Part shown: piece after piece, positions 28,901-39,245 of the stretch
How positions within the stretch are numbered: position 1 is the stretch's first letter
How the letters are laid out: each line of letters starts with the position of its first letter
Assembly: GCA_963813535.1 (NCBI GenBank)
Contig: CAWEZH010000003.1
Span: 384,001 to 448,000, forward strand
Length of the DNA: 64,000 nucleotides
DNA from: an uncultured Chloroflexia bacterium
Lineage (GTDB): Bacteria; Chloroflexota; Limnocylindria; Limnocylindrales; CSP1-4
Reading direction: 5' to 3'
The notes under the pieces: model-generated
Told to the model about the DNA's origin: nothing
The model's database searches: none
What the model saw: only the letters and a program-made list of their open reading frames with translations
Position numbers and translations under genes: made by a program

Positions 28901-28916
28901 TCTCCGGCGATCACAC

Positions 28917-29489
28917 CTAGCCGGGCAGGTCGTCCTGGACGTCGACGTCGCGGAGCGTCTGGCCGGTCGGGTCGAGCGGGCGCCACGTCGCTGGCGGGAC
29001 CACGTCGACATCCAGCGCCAGGAGCAAGGCCCGGAGTCGTCGTTCCCCACTGGCGATGAGGCGGTCGGCAGCTGGCGACGCGACCGACCGACGGGTCGCC
29101 ATCGGGAGCGGGCGAGGTCCGTCCTCGTCGGCGAGGACCGACGCCTCGCGCCGCTCGAGGGCGGCCACGAGTCGCTCCAGGACTGCCGGCACCATCGTCG
29201 GCATGTCGCCCCCGACGACGAGGACGCGCTCGACGGCTGGGTCGAGGGCATGGAACCCGGCCGCCAGCGCGGCGAGCGGCCCCTCGAACGGAAGCTCGTC
29301 CCGCACGGCGGTCGCACCGGGTCGTTCGACGGAGGGCCCGACGACCACGATCTCCGTCGCAACCGCGCTGACTGCGTCGATCGCGTGGTCCAGCATCTGC
29401 CTGCCGTCGATCGGTTCCACGAGCTTGTCGCGTCCGAACCTGGACGAGCGGCCCCCGGCGAGGACGATCGCCGCGACCCGCTCGCTCAC
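28917..29489 (-). CDS. mobA: Molybdenum cofactor guanylyltransferase
   Basis: IVLAGGRSSRFGRDK, GPLAAL, GGDMP, DVD...DL; downstream of selB. Confidence 0.88.
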   Translation of the reverse strand: MSERVAAIVLAGGRSSRFGRDKLVEPIDGRQMLDHAIDAVSAVATEIVVVGPSVERPGATAVRDELPFEGPLAALAAGFHALDPAVERVLVVGGDMPTMVPAVLERLVAALERREASVLADEDGPRPLPMATRRSVASPAADRLIASGERRLRALLLALDVDVVPPATWRPLDPTGQTLRDVDVQDDLPG

Positions 29490-29505
29490 GGCGCGACGTG
29501 TGCGG

Positions 29506-31270
29506 TCATCGCGCGACGGCGGCGGGCGCCTTCGGGCCGGGGACGTGCCCGTCCGGCGTCCGGCGCAGGATCGCTCGGCGGTCGAGGTCCTCGAGGATGG
29601 CCATCACGTACTTGCGACTGGTGCCCGTCGCATCGCGGAATGCGGCGGGCGTCAACGGTGCGGTCGACGCCATCGCGAGCGCGGTGCCGATGATGTCGCG
29701 GTACGTCGACGAGGCATAGGCGAGGTCCGCATCGAGCACGACGATCCGGCCGGCCCGCTCCAATGCGCGGATGCCGGCGGGTGGGCAGCCGGCGGCCTGC
29801 GCCGCGTCGGCAAGCGGTGGGGGCGCGACGACGGCAAGGGCCGCCTCGAGGCGATCCATGGCGGCCGTCAGGGTCGGGTCCTCCGCAGGTGCGGCGGTCC
29901 CTGGACGCCGAACCGTCTCGCCGTCGCGGACCAGCAGGCCGGCCTCGACGACCCGATCCACGACCATGGCCGCGGTCGCCGCTGCCAGGTCCGGGCGGAG
30001 CGTCAGGTTGCGCCGGAGCGCGCGCGCGACAGCGTTTCGAACGGCCACCAGCGGCGTCGCGTCGCCCACCGCCCGGAGCGCCGCCTCCTCCGCGATCGAT
30101 GCGACATCGGGCGCCAGCTCGCCGCCGTCGATGCCGTGCAGATCGCGACGGGCGCCCGGTGCGCCGGCCGCCAGGGCCGAGACCCGATCCTCCGTCTGGC
30201 GTCGCCGGGCGGTACCGCGCGGCGGCTGCGGATCGAGGACGACGCCACCGACCGGCGGGAAGGTCGTCCCCCGGCGCACGACGAACCGGTCCCCGGCCCG
30301 CAGCGGGATCGGCCGGTCGAGACGCACGATGCCCGCCGGTCGACCGTCGCCGAGCGTGATGGCGTCCCGACCACTCCGGCCGATCGTCGCCTCGGCTGCC
30401 GACGTGGCGGCGTGGACCCGCCCTCGCGCGCGATCCGAGATGGGCCGCCCGAACGCGGCAAGGACGCGATCTGTCGCGACCACGGTCGGATCGGCCGTCA
30501 GCGTCATCCCTCGATGCAGCTCGCCCGCCTCGACACCGCCAAGGTTGAGCGCGGTCCGGCCGCCTCCGTCGACGATGTCGACCCGCACACCGCGAACCTG
30601 GATCTCGCGGATCCGGACCTCGCGGTCACCGGGAAGGAGTCGGAGCGACGTCCGGGCCGTCAGCGGGCCACCCCGCAGCGTGCCGGTCACGACGGAGCCC
30701 GCGGCCCTTGACCGAGAAGACCCGATCGATCGCGAGGGTCGGTGGGCGCGCGGGCGGCTCGACGTCCGCCCGAAGCGCGATCAGCGCTCGTCGTACATCG
30801 TCGATCCCGTCCCCGCTGACGCCCGACGCAGCAAGGATCGCCGAGCCCGCGAGGGAGGTGCCGGCCAGCACGCCTCGGACGAGCTCCGTGACGTCGTCCA
30901 CGCGTTCGGGTGGCACGGCGTCGACCTTGGTGATCACCGCGATACCGGGGGTCACGCCGAGCGCGTCGAGCAGTGCGAGGTGCTCGAGCGTCTGGGCCCG
31001 CGGGCCGTCGTCCGCGGCGACGATCAGCAGCGCGGCATCGATCTCGCCAGCGCCGACCAGCATGTTGCCGACGAGTCGGTCGTGGCCCGGCACATCGACG
31101 AAGTCGATGACATCGCCGTCGTCGAGCGTCAGGTGGGCGTACCCGACATCGATCGTCATGCCCCGCCGGCGCTCCTCGGGCAGGCGGTCGGCATCGATAC
31201 CCGTGAGGGCACGCAGGAGCGTCGTCTTGCCGTGATCGATGTGGCCGGCCGTGCCGACGACGAGGGTCAT
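29506..31270 (-). CDS. selB: Selenocysteine-specific elongation factor SelB; +1 frameshift near 30700
   Basis: GTAGHIDHGKT, DRLPEERRRGMTID, DVPGH, TKVD; C-terminal winged helix FRDATGTSRKYVMAILEDLD. Confidence 0.92.
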
Positions 31271-32632
31271 CGCAGGACGGCGCTCAGCGCGGTCGCCAGT
31301 CGCGCGTCCGCTTCGGGCGGCACCGTACGCAGGTCGATGATCACCCGGTCGTCATCGATCCGGGCGACGACCGACGGCGTGCCGCGTCGCAAGGCGGCGA
31401 CCGTCCGGGTCGCCGAGCGGGTCGTCAGCGCAAGGCCGACCGACGGCAGGGTCTCACCGGGCAGCGAGCCGCCGCCGATCGTGGAGCGGGTGTCGACCGG
31501 CTCGACCGGCGCTCCGAGCGAGGTCGATGAGGGCCGCGGCCCGGGCGCGCAGCTCGTCGACCGACGTTGCGATCATCCGCCACACCGGGATCTCGGCCGT
31601 GGCCCGCCCGGCGCGGTAGAGCCCCAGCGTCAGCGCGACGCCAGCCATCGTCGCCTTGTCGGGTCGCATGGCGCGCGCGAGCGGATCGCGCCGCATCCGC
31701 GCGATGAGATCCGACCGGCCGACGACGAGGCCGGCCTGCGGCCCGCCCACGAGCTTGTCGCCACTGAACGTCACGATGTCGGAGCCAGCCGCGAGCCGTT
31801 CTGATGGCGATGGCTCGTGGGCCAGCCCGAAGGCCGCGGTATCGATGAGTGCTCCGGACCCGAGGTCGTCGATGACGACCGCGCCGTGGCGATGTGCCAG
31901 GTCCGCGACCGCCCGATGGTCGGGCGCCTCCGTGAAACCGGACATCGCGAAGTTGGACGGATGCACACGGAGCACGGCGCGCGCGGCGCCGTCGGCCAGC
32001 GGCCCCTCGAAGTCGCCGGTCCGAGTGCGGTTCGTCGTACCGACCTCGATGAGACGCGCGCCGGCGCGGCGGATGATCTCGTGGATGCGGACGCCGCCCC
32101 CGATCTCGACCAACTCACCGCGCGATACGAGCACCCCGCCGCGACCCACCAGCGCGACCGCCAGCGCGAGGGCCGCGGCATTGTTGTTGGTGACGAGGGC
32201 ATCCTCGGCGCCAGTCAGCGCGATGAGGTGGTCCTCGGCGACCCGTGCCCTGGCCCCGCGCCGGCCCGTGTGGCGATCGAGCTCGAGCAGCAGCGCATCG
32301 CTGGTCAGGTCGGCGACGGCCCGCGCGACCGACGGCGGCCACGGCGCCCGACCGAGGTTGGTGTGGATGAGCACGCCGGTCGCGTTGATGACGGGCACGA
32401 GGCCCGCATCGGCGAACCCATCGAGCCGAGCCCGCGCCTCATCGGCGAGCGCGTCAGGGTCGCGCGGATCGTCGCCGGCGGCGAGTCGCGAACGCTCCTC
32501 GCCGACGACCTCGCGCACGACCGCGACCAGTGCGTCCGGGTCGAGGCCGTCGAGCGACGCCCGCAGGCGTTTCAGGACGGTCTCGACGCTCGGCGGACGT
32601 GGACCCGCGCGGACGGCCGGCTTCGACGACAT
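31267..32632 (-). CDS. selA: L-seryl-tRNA(Sec) selenium transferase; +1 frameshift near 31517
   Basis: INATGVLIHTNLGRA, NNNAAA, SRGELVEIGG, EVGTTNRT, FSGDKLVGGPQAG; continues as IGGGSLPGE in the next frame. Confidence 0.93.
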
Positions 32633-32642
32633 CGGTCCTCCG

Positions 32643-32739
32643 TGGCGGGAACGCGTGGGAGTCGAACCCACCACGCCACGCCGAGCGCGGCATCACCGGT
32701 TTTGAAGACCGGGGGACCCACCGGGGCCCAACCGCTCCC
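32643..32739 (-). tRNA. selC: tRNA-Sec (anticodon UCA)
   Basis: 6-bp D stem with 4-nt loop, CCGGU-CU-UCA-AA-ACCGG, 9-bp variable arm, GUGGG-UUCGACU-CCCAC, G73, encoded CCA; 10 nt upstream of selA. Confidence 0.97.
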
Positions 32740-32835
32740 ACGCGATGGTAATGCGGACGCCCAGGAGCGGCCGATCCGTGCGTTGCCGCCTCCGCGCCGG
32801 CGGTGGTCCAACGAACGCCGCCATATCATCGAGAC

Positions 32836-33885
32836 ATGACGACGCTCTCCGACGTGCCGAGCCTCCGTCTCACGACGCTCACCGATTGCGGCGGGTGTGC
32901 GGCCAAGCTCGGTGCCGACATGCTGTCCGAGGCGCTGGCCGGCCTCGGTGCGGTGGCGGCACCGGCGGAGCTCATCGCCGGCCTCCAGCCGCCGGACGAT
33001 GCGGCGGCGTATCGGGTCAGCGACGACCTCGCGATCATCGGCACGGTCGACTTCTTCCCACCGCTCGTCGACGATGCCCGCACATTCGGCGAGATCGCCG
33101 CCGCGAACGCGATGAGCGACGTGTTCGCGATGGGTGGCCGCGTCCTCTTCGCCCTGTCTATCGCAGCATTCCCCGAGGAGCTGCCGCGGGACGTGCTGGC
33201 GGAGATCTTCGACGGGGCTGCGGCCAAGGTCCGCGAGGGCGGCGGCACCCTTGCCGGCGGCCACACGATCCACGATCCCGAGCCCAAGTACGGCCTGGCC
33301 GTCGTCGGCGCGGCGCATCCGGACCGATTGCTACGCAAGGGTGGCGCCCGGCCAGGCGACACGTTGATCCTGACCAAGCGGCTGGGCACGGGCGTCCTCG
33401 TGAGCGGCGCGCGGCAAGGCCGGACGAAGCAGGACGACCTGGCCGCGGGCATCGACGAGATGCGCACATTGAACCGCGCCGCGGCCGAGGTCCTCGTCGC
33501 CGAGGGTATCAGCGGGGCGACCGACGTCACGGGTTTCGGACTGTTGGGTCACGGGCTCGAAGTAGCCCGCGGATCGGGCGCCCGACTCGTGTTCGACGCT
33601 GATGCGCTACCCGCGCTCCCCGGGGCGCTCGAGCTGGCCCGGGCCGGCGTCGAGACCGGCGGGGCGGCGCACAATCGCCGGTTCGTGGTCGGCAGCCTTG
33701 ACCTTGCCGATCGGCTGCCGCCCGAGGTCGTCGTGCTCGCCCACGACCCGCAGACGAGCGGCGGGCTGCTCGCGTCGATCCCCGAGGACCGGGTGACGCG
33801 AGTGACCACGGCGCTGCGCGATGCGGGCGTCGATCACTGGCGGGTGGGTCGGGTCGAGACGGGCAGCGGGGTCGCGCTCGCCTGA
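32836..33885 (+). CDS. selD: Selenide, water dikinase (Cys form)
   Basis: RLT...CGGCAAKL, DDAA, TVDFFPP, ANAMSDVFAMGG, TDVTGFGLLGH, DPQTSGGLL. Confidence 0.95.
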   Translation: MTTLSDVPSLRLTTLTDCGGCAAKLGADMLSEALAGLGAVAAPAELIAGLQPPDDAAAYRVSDDLAIIGTVDFFPPLVDDARTFGEIAAANAMSDVFAMGGRVLFALSIAAFPEELPRDVLAEIFDGAAAKVREGGGTLAGGHTIHDPEPKYGLAVVGAAHPDRLLRKGGARPGDTLILTKRLGTGVLVSGARQGRTKQDDLAAGIDEMRTLNRAAAEVLVAEGISGATDVTGFGLLGHGLEVARGSGARLVFDADALPALPGALELARAGVETGGAAHNRRFVVGSLDLADRLPPEVVVLAHDPQTSGGLLASIPEDRVTRVTTALRDAGVDHWRVGRVETGSGVALA

Positions 33886-33919
33886 TCGAGAGCATGGCAG
33901 GTCGCGATCGCGACCGGCC

Positions 33920-34501
33920 CTAGCGAAGCCGAACTACCGCGCCGACGACCGTCGCGCCGATGCCGATCAGGACCTGCGGGATGTTGTCGAACAGGAACGC
34001 CTCGAACGGATAGACCGGTTCGCCGGCCTCGGCGGCGACGGCCGCGAACATCTGGATGTCGCTCCACATCCCGCCCAGCGAGAACCCAGCGCCCATCAGC
34101 CCACCGACCACGATGCCCGCCGCCGCGATGGCGGCGATCCGCGGCCCGCGCTTGATCCCGATCGACCGATCGATCACCTCGGCGATGAGCGTACCGGCGA
34201 AGAAGCCGAGCACGATCATCAGGAACCCAAGCTGTGCCCCGATCCAGGCGGCTGCGGCGCCGAGCCCCAGGGCGACCGCGAACCCGATCCCCATCTGGCT
34301 CGACTTGAGTGACGTGAGGGCGTCGCGCGACGGCTTGCCGCAGGTCTTGCAGCGAAGCCCGACCGGACCCTGCATCGCACATCCGGTGCAGATGGGCTGG
34401 TCGCAGCGACCGCAGCGGACCCACGTTTCGCGGTCCGGATGGCGATAGCAGTAAAGCGGCGGCGGTTCGGTCAGCTCGGCGGCGACGGCGTTGGTCGTCA
34501 T
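33920..34501 (-). CDS. B-box-like zinc finger membrane protein
   Basis: CYRHPDRET..RCGRCDQPICTGC......G.RCKTC followed by hydrophobic helices. Confidence 0.8.
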   Translation of the reverse strand: MTTNAVAAELTEPPPLYCYRHPDRETWVRCGRCDQPICTGCAMQGPVGLRCKTCGKPSRDALTSLKSSQMGIGFAVALGLGAAAAWIGAQLGFLMIVLGFFAGTLIAEVIDRSIGIKRGPRIAAIAAAGIVVGGLMGAGFSLGGMWSDIQMFAAVAAEAGEPVYPFEAFLFDNIPQVLIGIGATVVGAVVRLR

Positions 34502-34600
34502 GCTCCCCTCGGGGCGGAATCGATGGGAGGGTGCCGTCCGAGTCGACGCTCGTCAAGGGGTACACTCGGACGGTCGTCATCCCCGCAGGAGAGTCACCCC

Positions 34601-36514
34601 ATGGGGAGACCCTACGTTCGGCTGACCCAGCCCCTGGTCCGCGATGGGAAGGGCAGTGACCTTCGCCCAGCGACATGGGACGAGGCACTCGACCGCGTGG
34701 TCGTCGGGTTCCAGGCCGCCAAGGCGGCTCACGGTCCGACGACCTTCGGCACCTTCAGTTGCAGCAAGGCGACCAACGAGGTCAACTTCGCCGCACAGAA
34801 GTTCAGCCGGCAGGTCCTGGGCAGCAACAACATCGACAGCTGCAACCGCACCTGACACGCCCCAAGCGTCGCCGGTCTGGCGACCGTGTTCGGTGCCGGT
34901 GGTGGCACGAGTTCATATCGTGAGGTCGAGGACACCGATCTGATCGTCCTCTGGGGCAGCAATGCCCGCGAGACGCATCCGATCTTCTTCCACCACGTCC
35001 TCAAGGCCGTGCACAAGGGCGCCCGCCTGATCGCGGTCGATCCGCGGCGGACGTCGAGCGCCGAGTGGGCCGACAGCTGGCTCGGGCTCGACGTCGGCAG
35101 CGACATCGCGCTCGCCAACGCCGTCGCGCGGGAGATCATCGTGTCCGGCCTCGAGAACCGCGAGTTCATCGAGCGGGCGACCTCCGACTTCGAGGCGTAC
35201 ACGGCGAAGGTCGAGTCGTACACGCTCGAATACGCGGAACGGGAGACCGGCGTCCCGGCCGAAGCGATCCGTGACCTCGCGCATGCGCTGGCGACCGCGC
35301 CGCGGGCGATGATCTGCTGGACGCTGGGCATCACCGAGCACCACAACGCCGTCGACAACGTCCTCGCCCTCATCGACCTGGTGCTGCTCACCGGCCACGT
35401 GGGCCGGTATGGAAGTGGCGTCAACCCGCTCCGCGGCCAGAACAACGTCCAGGGGGGCGGCGACATGGGCGCGCTCCCGGATCGCTTGCCCGGGTTCCAG
35501 CATGTCGAGAACGACGAGCTCAGGGCCAAGTTCGACGCCGCATGGGGGACGACCATCCCACCGAAGCGAGGTTGGCACCTGTCCGGCATGTTCGATGCGA
35601 TGGAGCGGGGCGAGCTGACGGCCGTCTACTGCATCGGCGAGAACCCCGTCCAGTCCGAGGCCGATCAGAAACGGGCCATCCACCTGTTGAGCGGCCTCGA
35701 CATGCTGGTCGTCCAGGACCTGTTCCTGACCAAGACCGCCGAGCTCGCGGATGTCGTGCTGCCGGCGTCCGCAGCATGGGCCGAGGGTGAGGGCACCGTC
35801 ACGAACTCCGAGCGACGCGTCCAGCGGGTCCGCAAGGCCGTCGAGCCGCCGGATGGCGCCCGCGACGACCTCGCGATCATGTTCGAGATCGCCGACCGGA
35901 TGGGCGCGGACTGGGGCGAGGCATCCGCGGAGCGGGTCTGGGACGAGCTCCGGTCGCTGTCGCCGGTCCACGCCGGCATGAGCTACAAGCGGCTCGAGGA
36001 GCTGGGGGGCATCCAGTGGCCGTGCTACGACGAGACCCATCCCGGCGAGCTGTTCCTGCACAGCCGGCTCTGGGAGGACCCGGTCCCCGGCAATCGCGTG
36101 CCGTTCGTCCCGGTCGATCACGATCCACCGGTCGACAAGCTGACCGACGACTTCCCGATCCGGCTCACCACGGGCCGCCGGCTCGACTCCTACAACACCG
36201 GTGTGCAGACCGCGGGCTACACCTCGCCATTGCGCCGCGGCGAATCCCTCGACATCTCGCCCGAGGACGCCGAGACCTACGGCTTCGCCGACGGCGAGCG
36301 CGTCCGCGTCGTGTCTCGCCGCGGCCAGGTCGAAGCGCCCGTCCGCATCGACCCATCGCTGCGGCCCGGACTCACGTTCATGACGCTCCATTTCCAGGAC
36401 GACGTCGCAACGAACCTGCTCACGATCGACGCGACCGATCCGAAGTCCGGCACCGCCGAGTTCAAGGCGACGGCCATCCGGATCGAGAAGCTGCAGGAAG
36501 CCGTGCCGGCCTGA
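34601..36514 (+). CDS. fdhF: Selenocysteine-containing formate dehydrogenase catalytic (Mo/W-bisPGD) subunit
   Basis: ORFs ending 34855 and starting 34886 share a frame; in-frame TGA at 34853-34855 in NNIDSCNRT-U-HAPSVAGL; LRGQNNVQG, TNSERRVQ, DPKSGTAEFK. Confidence 0.93.
34856..34888 (+). promoter_or_regulatory. Bacterial SECIS element
   Basis: After UGA: CACG...GUCGCC-GGUCU-GGCGAC-CGUG, with the upper hairpin starting 12 nt downstream, placed like the E. coli fdhF SECIS. Confidence 0.8.
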
Positions 36515-36516
36515 CC

Positions 36517-37368
36517 ATGCCCCCGGAGACCGCGCCCGACGACGCAGCCGTGCCCGACCACGCGCACGACGAGGAGCCTGACGACTCGGCGAGCGAGGGC
36601 CCGTTCGTCTCGGACCCGCAATGGCGGGCCATCCTCGACGGGACGGACAAGGGCTTCGTCGCCGGCCGCGGCTTCTTCCGGCGGCTCCCGAGCTCGCCTC
36701 GTTGCAAGCTCTGCGCGGCACCGTTCGCCGGTCCGAGCGCGCCGTTCATGCGCATGATCGATCGCGGGCCGTGGGCGAAGAACCCGAACATCTGTGGCCT
36801 GTGCTTCAAGGAGCTCGAGAAGGGACGCGGCGGGGCCGAGATCGAGCTCAGCCTGCTGTTCGCCGACGTTCGCGGCTCCACGGGACTCGCCGAGCGGATG
36901 GGGCCGGCCGCCTTCCGCCGCTTGCTCGATCGCTTCTATCACGAGGCGACCGAGATCCTCGTGGCGCACGACGCCGTGGTGGACAAGTTCGTCGGCGATG
37001 AAGTGGTGGGCCTGTTCATCCCGGCGCTGAACGGGGCCAACCACGCCCGCGACGCCGTCGTGACCGGCCGCGCCCTGCTCAAGGCGACGGGCCACGGCCG
37101 GCCGGAGGGACCGTGGATCCCCATCGGCGTCGGGATCCACACGGGTGTGGCGTATGTCGGGACGGTGGGCGATACCGTGACGGACTTCACGGCGCTCGGG
37201 GACAGCGTCAACGTCGCGGCGAGATTGGCCTCCGCGGCGGCATCCGGCGAGATCCTCGTCAGCGCGGCGTCGGCTGACGCGGCCGATCTCCAGGATGCGG
37301 CCGAGACGCGCACCCTCACGCTGCGCGGCCGCACGGAACCACTCGACGTCCGCGTGCTCCGGGTCTGA
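36517..37368 (+). CDS. Class III adenylate/guanylate cyclase with N-terminal Cys4 motif
   Basis: CKLC...CGLC, FADVRGST, DKFVGDEV, DFTALGDSVNVAARL, LRGR. Confidence 0.92.
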   Translation: MPPETAPDDAAVPDHAHDEEPDDSASEGPFVSDPQWRAILDGTDKGFVAGRGFFRRLPSSPRCKLCAAPFAGPSAPFMRMIDRGPWAKNPNICGLCFKELEKGRGGAEIELSLLFADVRGSTGLAERMGPAAFRRLLDRFYHEATEILVAHDAVVDKFVGDEVVGLFIPALNGANHARDAVVTGRALLKATGHGRPEGPWIPIGVGIHTGVAYVGTVGDTVTDFTALGDSVNVAARLASAAASGEILVSAASADAADLQDAAETRTLTLRGRTEPLDVRVLRV

Positions 37369-37397
37369 CGGGAGACTCGCGGCTACACTCGACCTCG

Positions 37398-39245
37398 ATG
37401 GACCTCCACGTCATCGGGCCGCTCGCTTCCCCTGCCGAACGAGCGGCGGTCGACAGCGTCCTCGGTTCCCCGGAGTCCGGCTGGGTGGGTGGTCCACGCC
37501 ATCCGGGCGTGGACGGCCATGCCTCCCGCGGCGGCCACGCGTTGCGATCGCGGCGCTCGGAGCTCATACCCGCGCTGCACGCGGTCCAGGATCGGGTCGG
37601 CTGGATCAGCCAGCCCGCGCTGAATTACATCTCGCGGCGTCTCGCGGTCCCGCCGGCCGAGGCCTACGGCGTGGCGACGTTCTACGCCCTCTTCGCGACG
37701 AAGCCCCGGGCACCGCTGATGGCCCATGTCTGCGACGACATCGCGTGCCGCCTTGCCGGCGCGGAGAGCATCTGTGACGACCTGACCAGGACGGTCGGGC
37801 CCGAGGGCGGAGCGAACGCCGACGGGCGGGTGGGCTGGCTGCGATCGCCCTGTCTCGGTCTGTGCGAGCAGGCCCCCGCAGCGCTGGTCACGGACGCCGG
37901 GGAACATGCACGCGTCGCGAGCGCGGCACCGGTCGATGCGGCCGGTGTCGTCGCGCGGCTGGATGGCGGTGGGGCACCGCGGCGACCTCTCGCGATCCCG
38001 CAGCACGGCGACCCATCGCTCCGCCTCCTGCGCCGGGTCGGGGTCGTCGACCCGGCATCGCTCGACGACTACCGGGCGCATGGCGGCTACGCGGGGCTGC
38101 CGAAGGCACTCGACATGGGCGGTGAGGCGGTCATCGCGGAGATCACGGCATCCAAGCTGATGGGCCGTGGCGGTGCCGCGTTCCCGACCGGCCGGAAGTG
38201 GGCAGCCGTCGCCGGGCAGCCCGCCCAGCCGCACTACCTCGTGTGCAATGCCGACGAGTCGGAGCCCGGCACGTTCAAGGATCGCGTACTGATGGAAGGT
38301 GACCCGTTCGCGGTCGTCGAGGCCATGACGATCGCCGCCGTCGCGACCGGCGCGAGCCAGGGGTACATCTACATCCGGGGCGAGTATCCCGAAGCCGATG
38401 CGGCCATCCGCGGCGCGATCGCCGCCGCGCGCGCCGCCAACCTGCTCGGTCCCGACATCCTCGGGTCGGGCGTCTCCTTCGACATCGAAGTCCGACGTGG
38501 CGCCGGCGCGTATATCTGCGGCGAGGAGACCGCCCTCTTCGAGTCGATCGAGGGCAAGCGCGGCGAGCCGCGCAACAAGCCGCCATTTCCCGTCGAGGTC
38601 GGTCTCTTCGGGAAGCCGACCGTGGTGAACAACGTCGAGACGCTCGCGAACGTCCTGCTGGTCCTCGCGATGGGTGGCGAGACGTATGCCGGCATCGGCA
38701 CCGAGGGCTCGACCGGACCCCGGCTGTTCTGCCTGTCCGGACACATCGGGCGGCCCGGGGTCTACGAGGTCGAGTTCGGGACGACACTCGGCGAGATGAT
38801 CGAGATGGCCGGCGGCGTGTCCGGCGGCCACGCGATCCGGGCGATCCTGCTCGGTGGTGCGGCGGGTGTCTTCGTCGGGCCGGACGCCCTGGCCATGCCG
38901 CTGACATTCGAAGCGACGCGCGCGGCAGGGGCCACGCTGGGCTCCGGGGTGATCATGGTGTTCGACGAGACCGCGGACCTCGTCGGCACGATGCGCCGGA
39001 TCGCGCAGTTCTTCCGCGATGAGTCGTGCGGGCAATGCGTCCCGTGCCGGGTCGGCAGCGTCCGCCAGGAGGAGCTGCTCACGCGACTGGCCTCCGGGTC
39101 GCAGATCCGGTCTCGGGACGAGGAGCTGATCCTCCTGCGCGAGATCGGCCAGGCCATGCGCGACGCCTCGATCTGCGGTCTCGGTCAGACCGCCTCGTCG
39201 GCGATCGAGTCGGCCGTCCGGCAGCCCGAACTGGTGGCGCTGTGA
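37398..39245 (+). CDS. NuoE-NuoF-like fused diaphorase subunit of NAD-linked formate dehydrogenase
   Basis: GVATFY, CDDIAC, CLGLC, GRGGAAFPTG, NADESEPGTFKDR, GAGAYICGEET, ESCGQCVPCR, SICGLG. Confidence 0.92.
   Translation: MDLHVIGPLASPAERAAVDSVLGSPESGWVGGPRHPGVDGHASRGGHALRSRRSELIPALHAVQDRVGWISQPALNYISRRLAVPPAEAYGVATFYALFATKPRAPLMAHVCDDIACRLAGAESICDDLTRTVGPEGGANADGRVGWLRSPCLGLCEQAPAALVTDAGEHARVASAAPVDAAGVVARLDGGGAPRRPLAIPQHGDPSLRLLRRVGVVDPASLDDYRAHGGYAGLPKALDMGGEAVIAEITASKLMGRGGAAFPTGRKWAAVAGQPAQPHYLVCNADESEPGTFKDRVLMEGDPFAVVEAMTIAAVATGASQGYIYIRGEYPEADAAIRGAIAAARAANLLGPDILGSGVSFDIEVRRGAGAYICGEETALFESIEGKRGEPRNKPPFPVEVGLFGKPTVVNNVETLANVLLVLAMGGETYAGIGTEGSTGPRLFCLSGHIGRPGVYEVEFGTTLGEMIEMAGGVSGGHAIRAILLGGAAGVFVGPDALAMPLTFEATRAAGATLGSGVIMVFDETADLVGTMRRIAQFFRDESCGQCVPCRVGSVRQEELLTRLASGSQIRSRDEELILLREIGQAMRDASICGLGQTASSAIESAVRQPELVAL

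Noticed and set aside
34439-36514. FDH as a nonsense pseudogene or two genes
   Set aside because: The TGA is at the metal-ligand position, is followed by a SECIS, and selABCD are adjacent.
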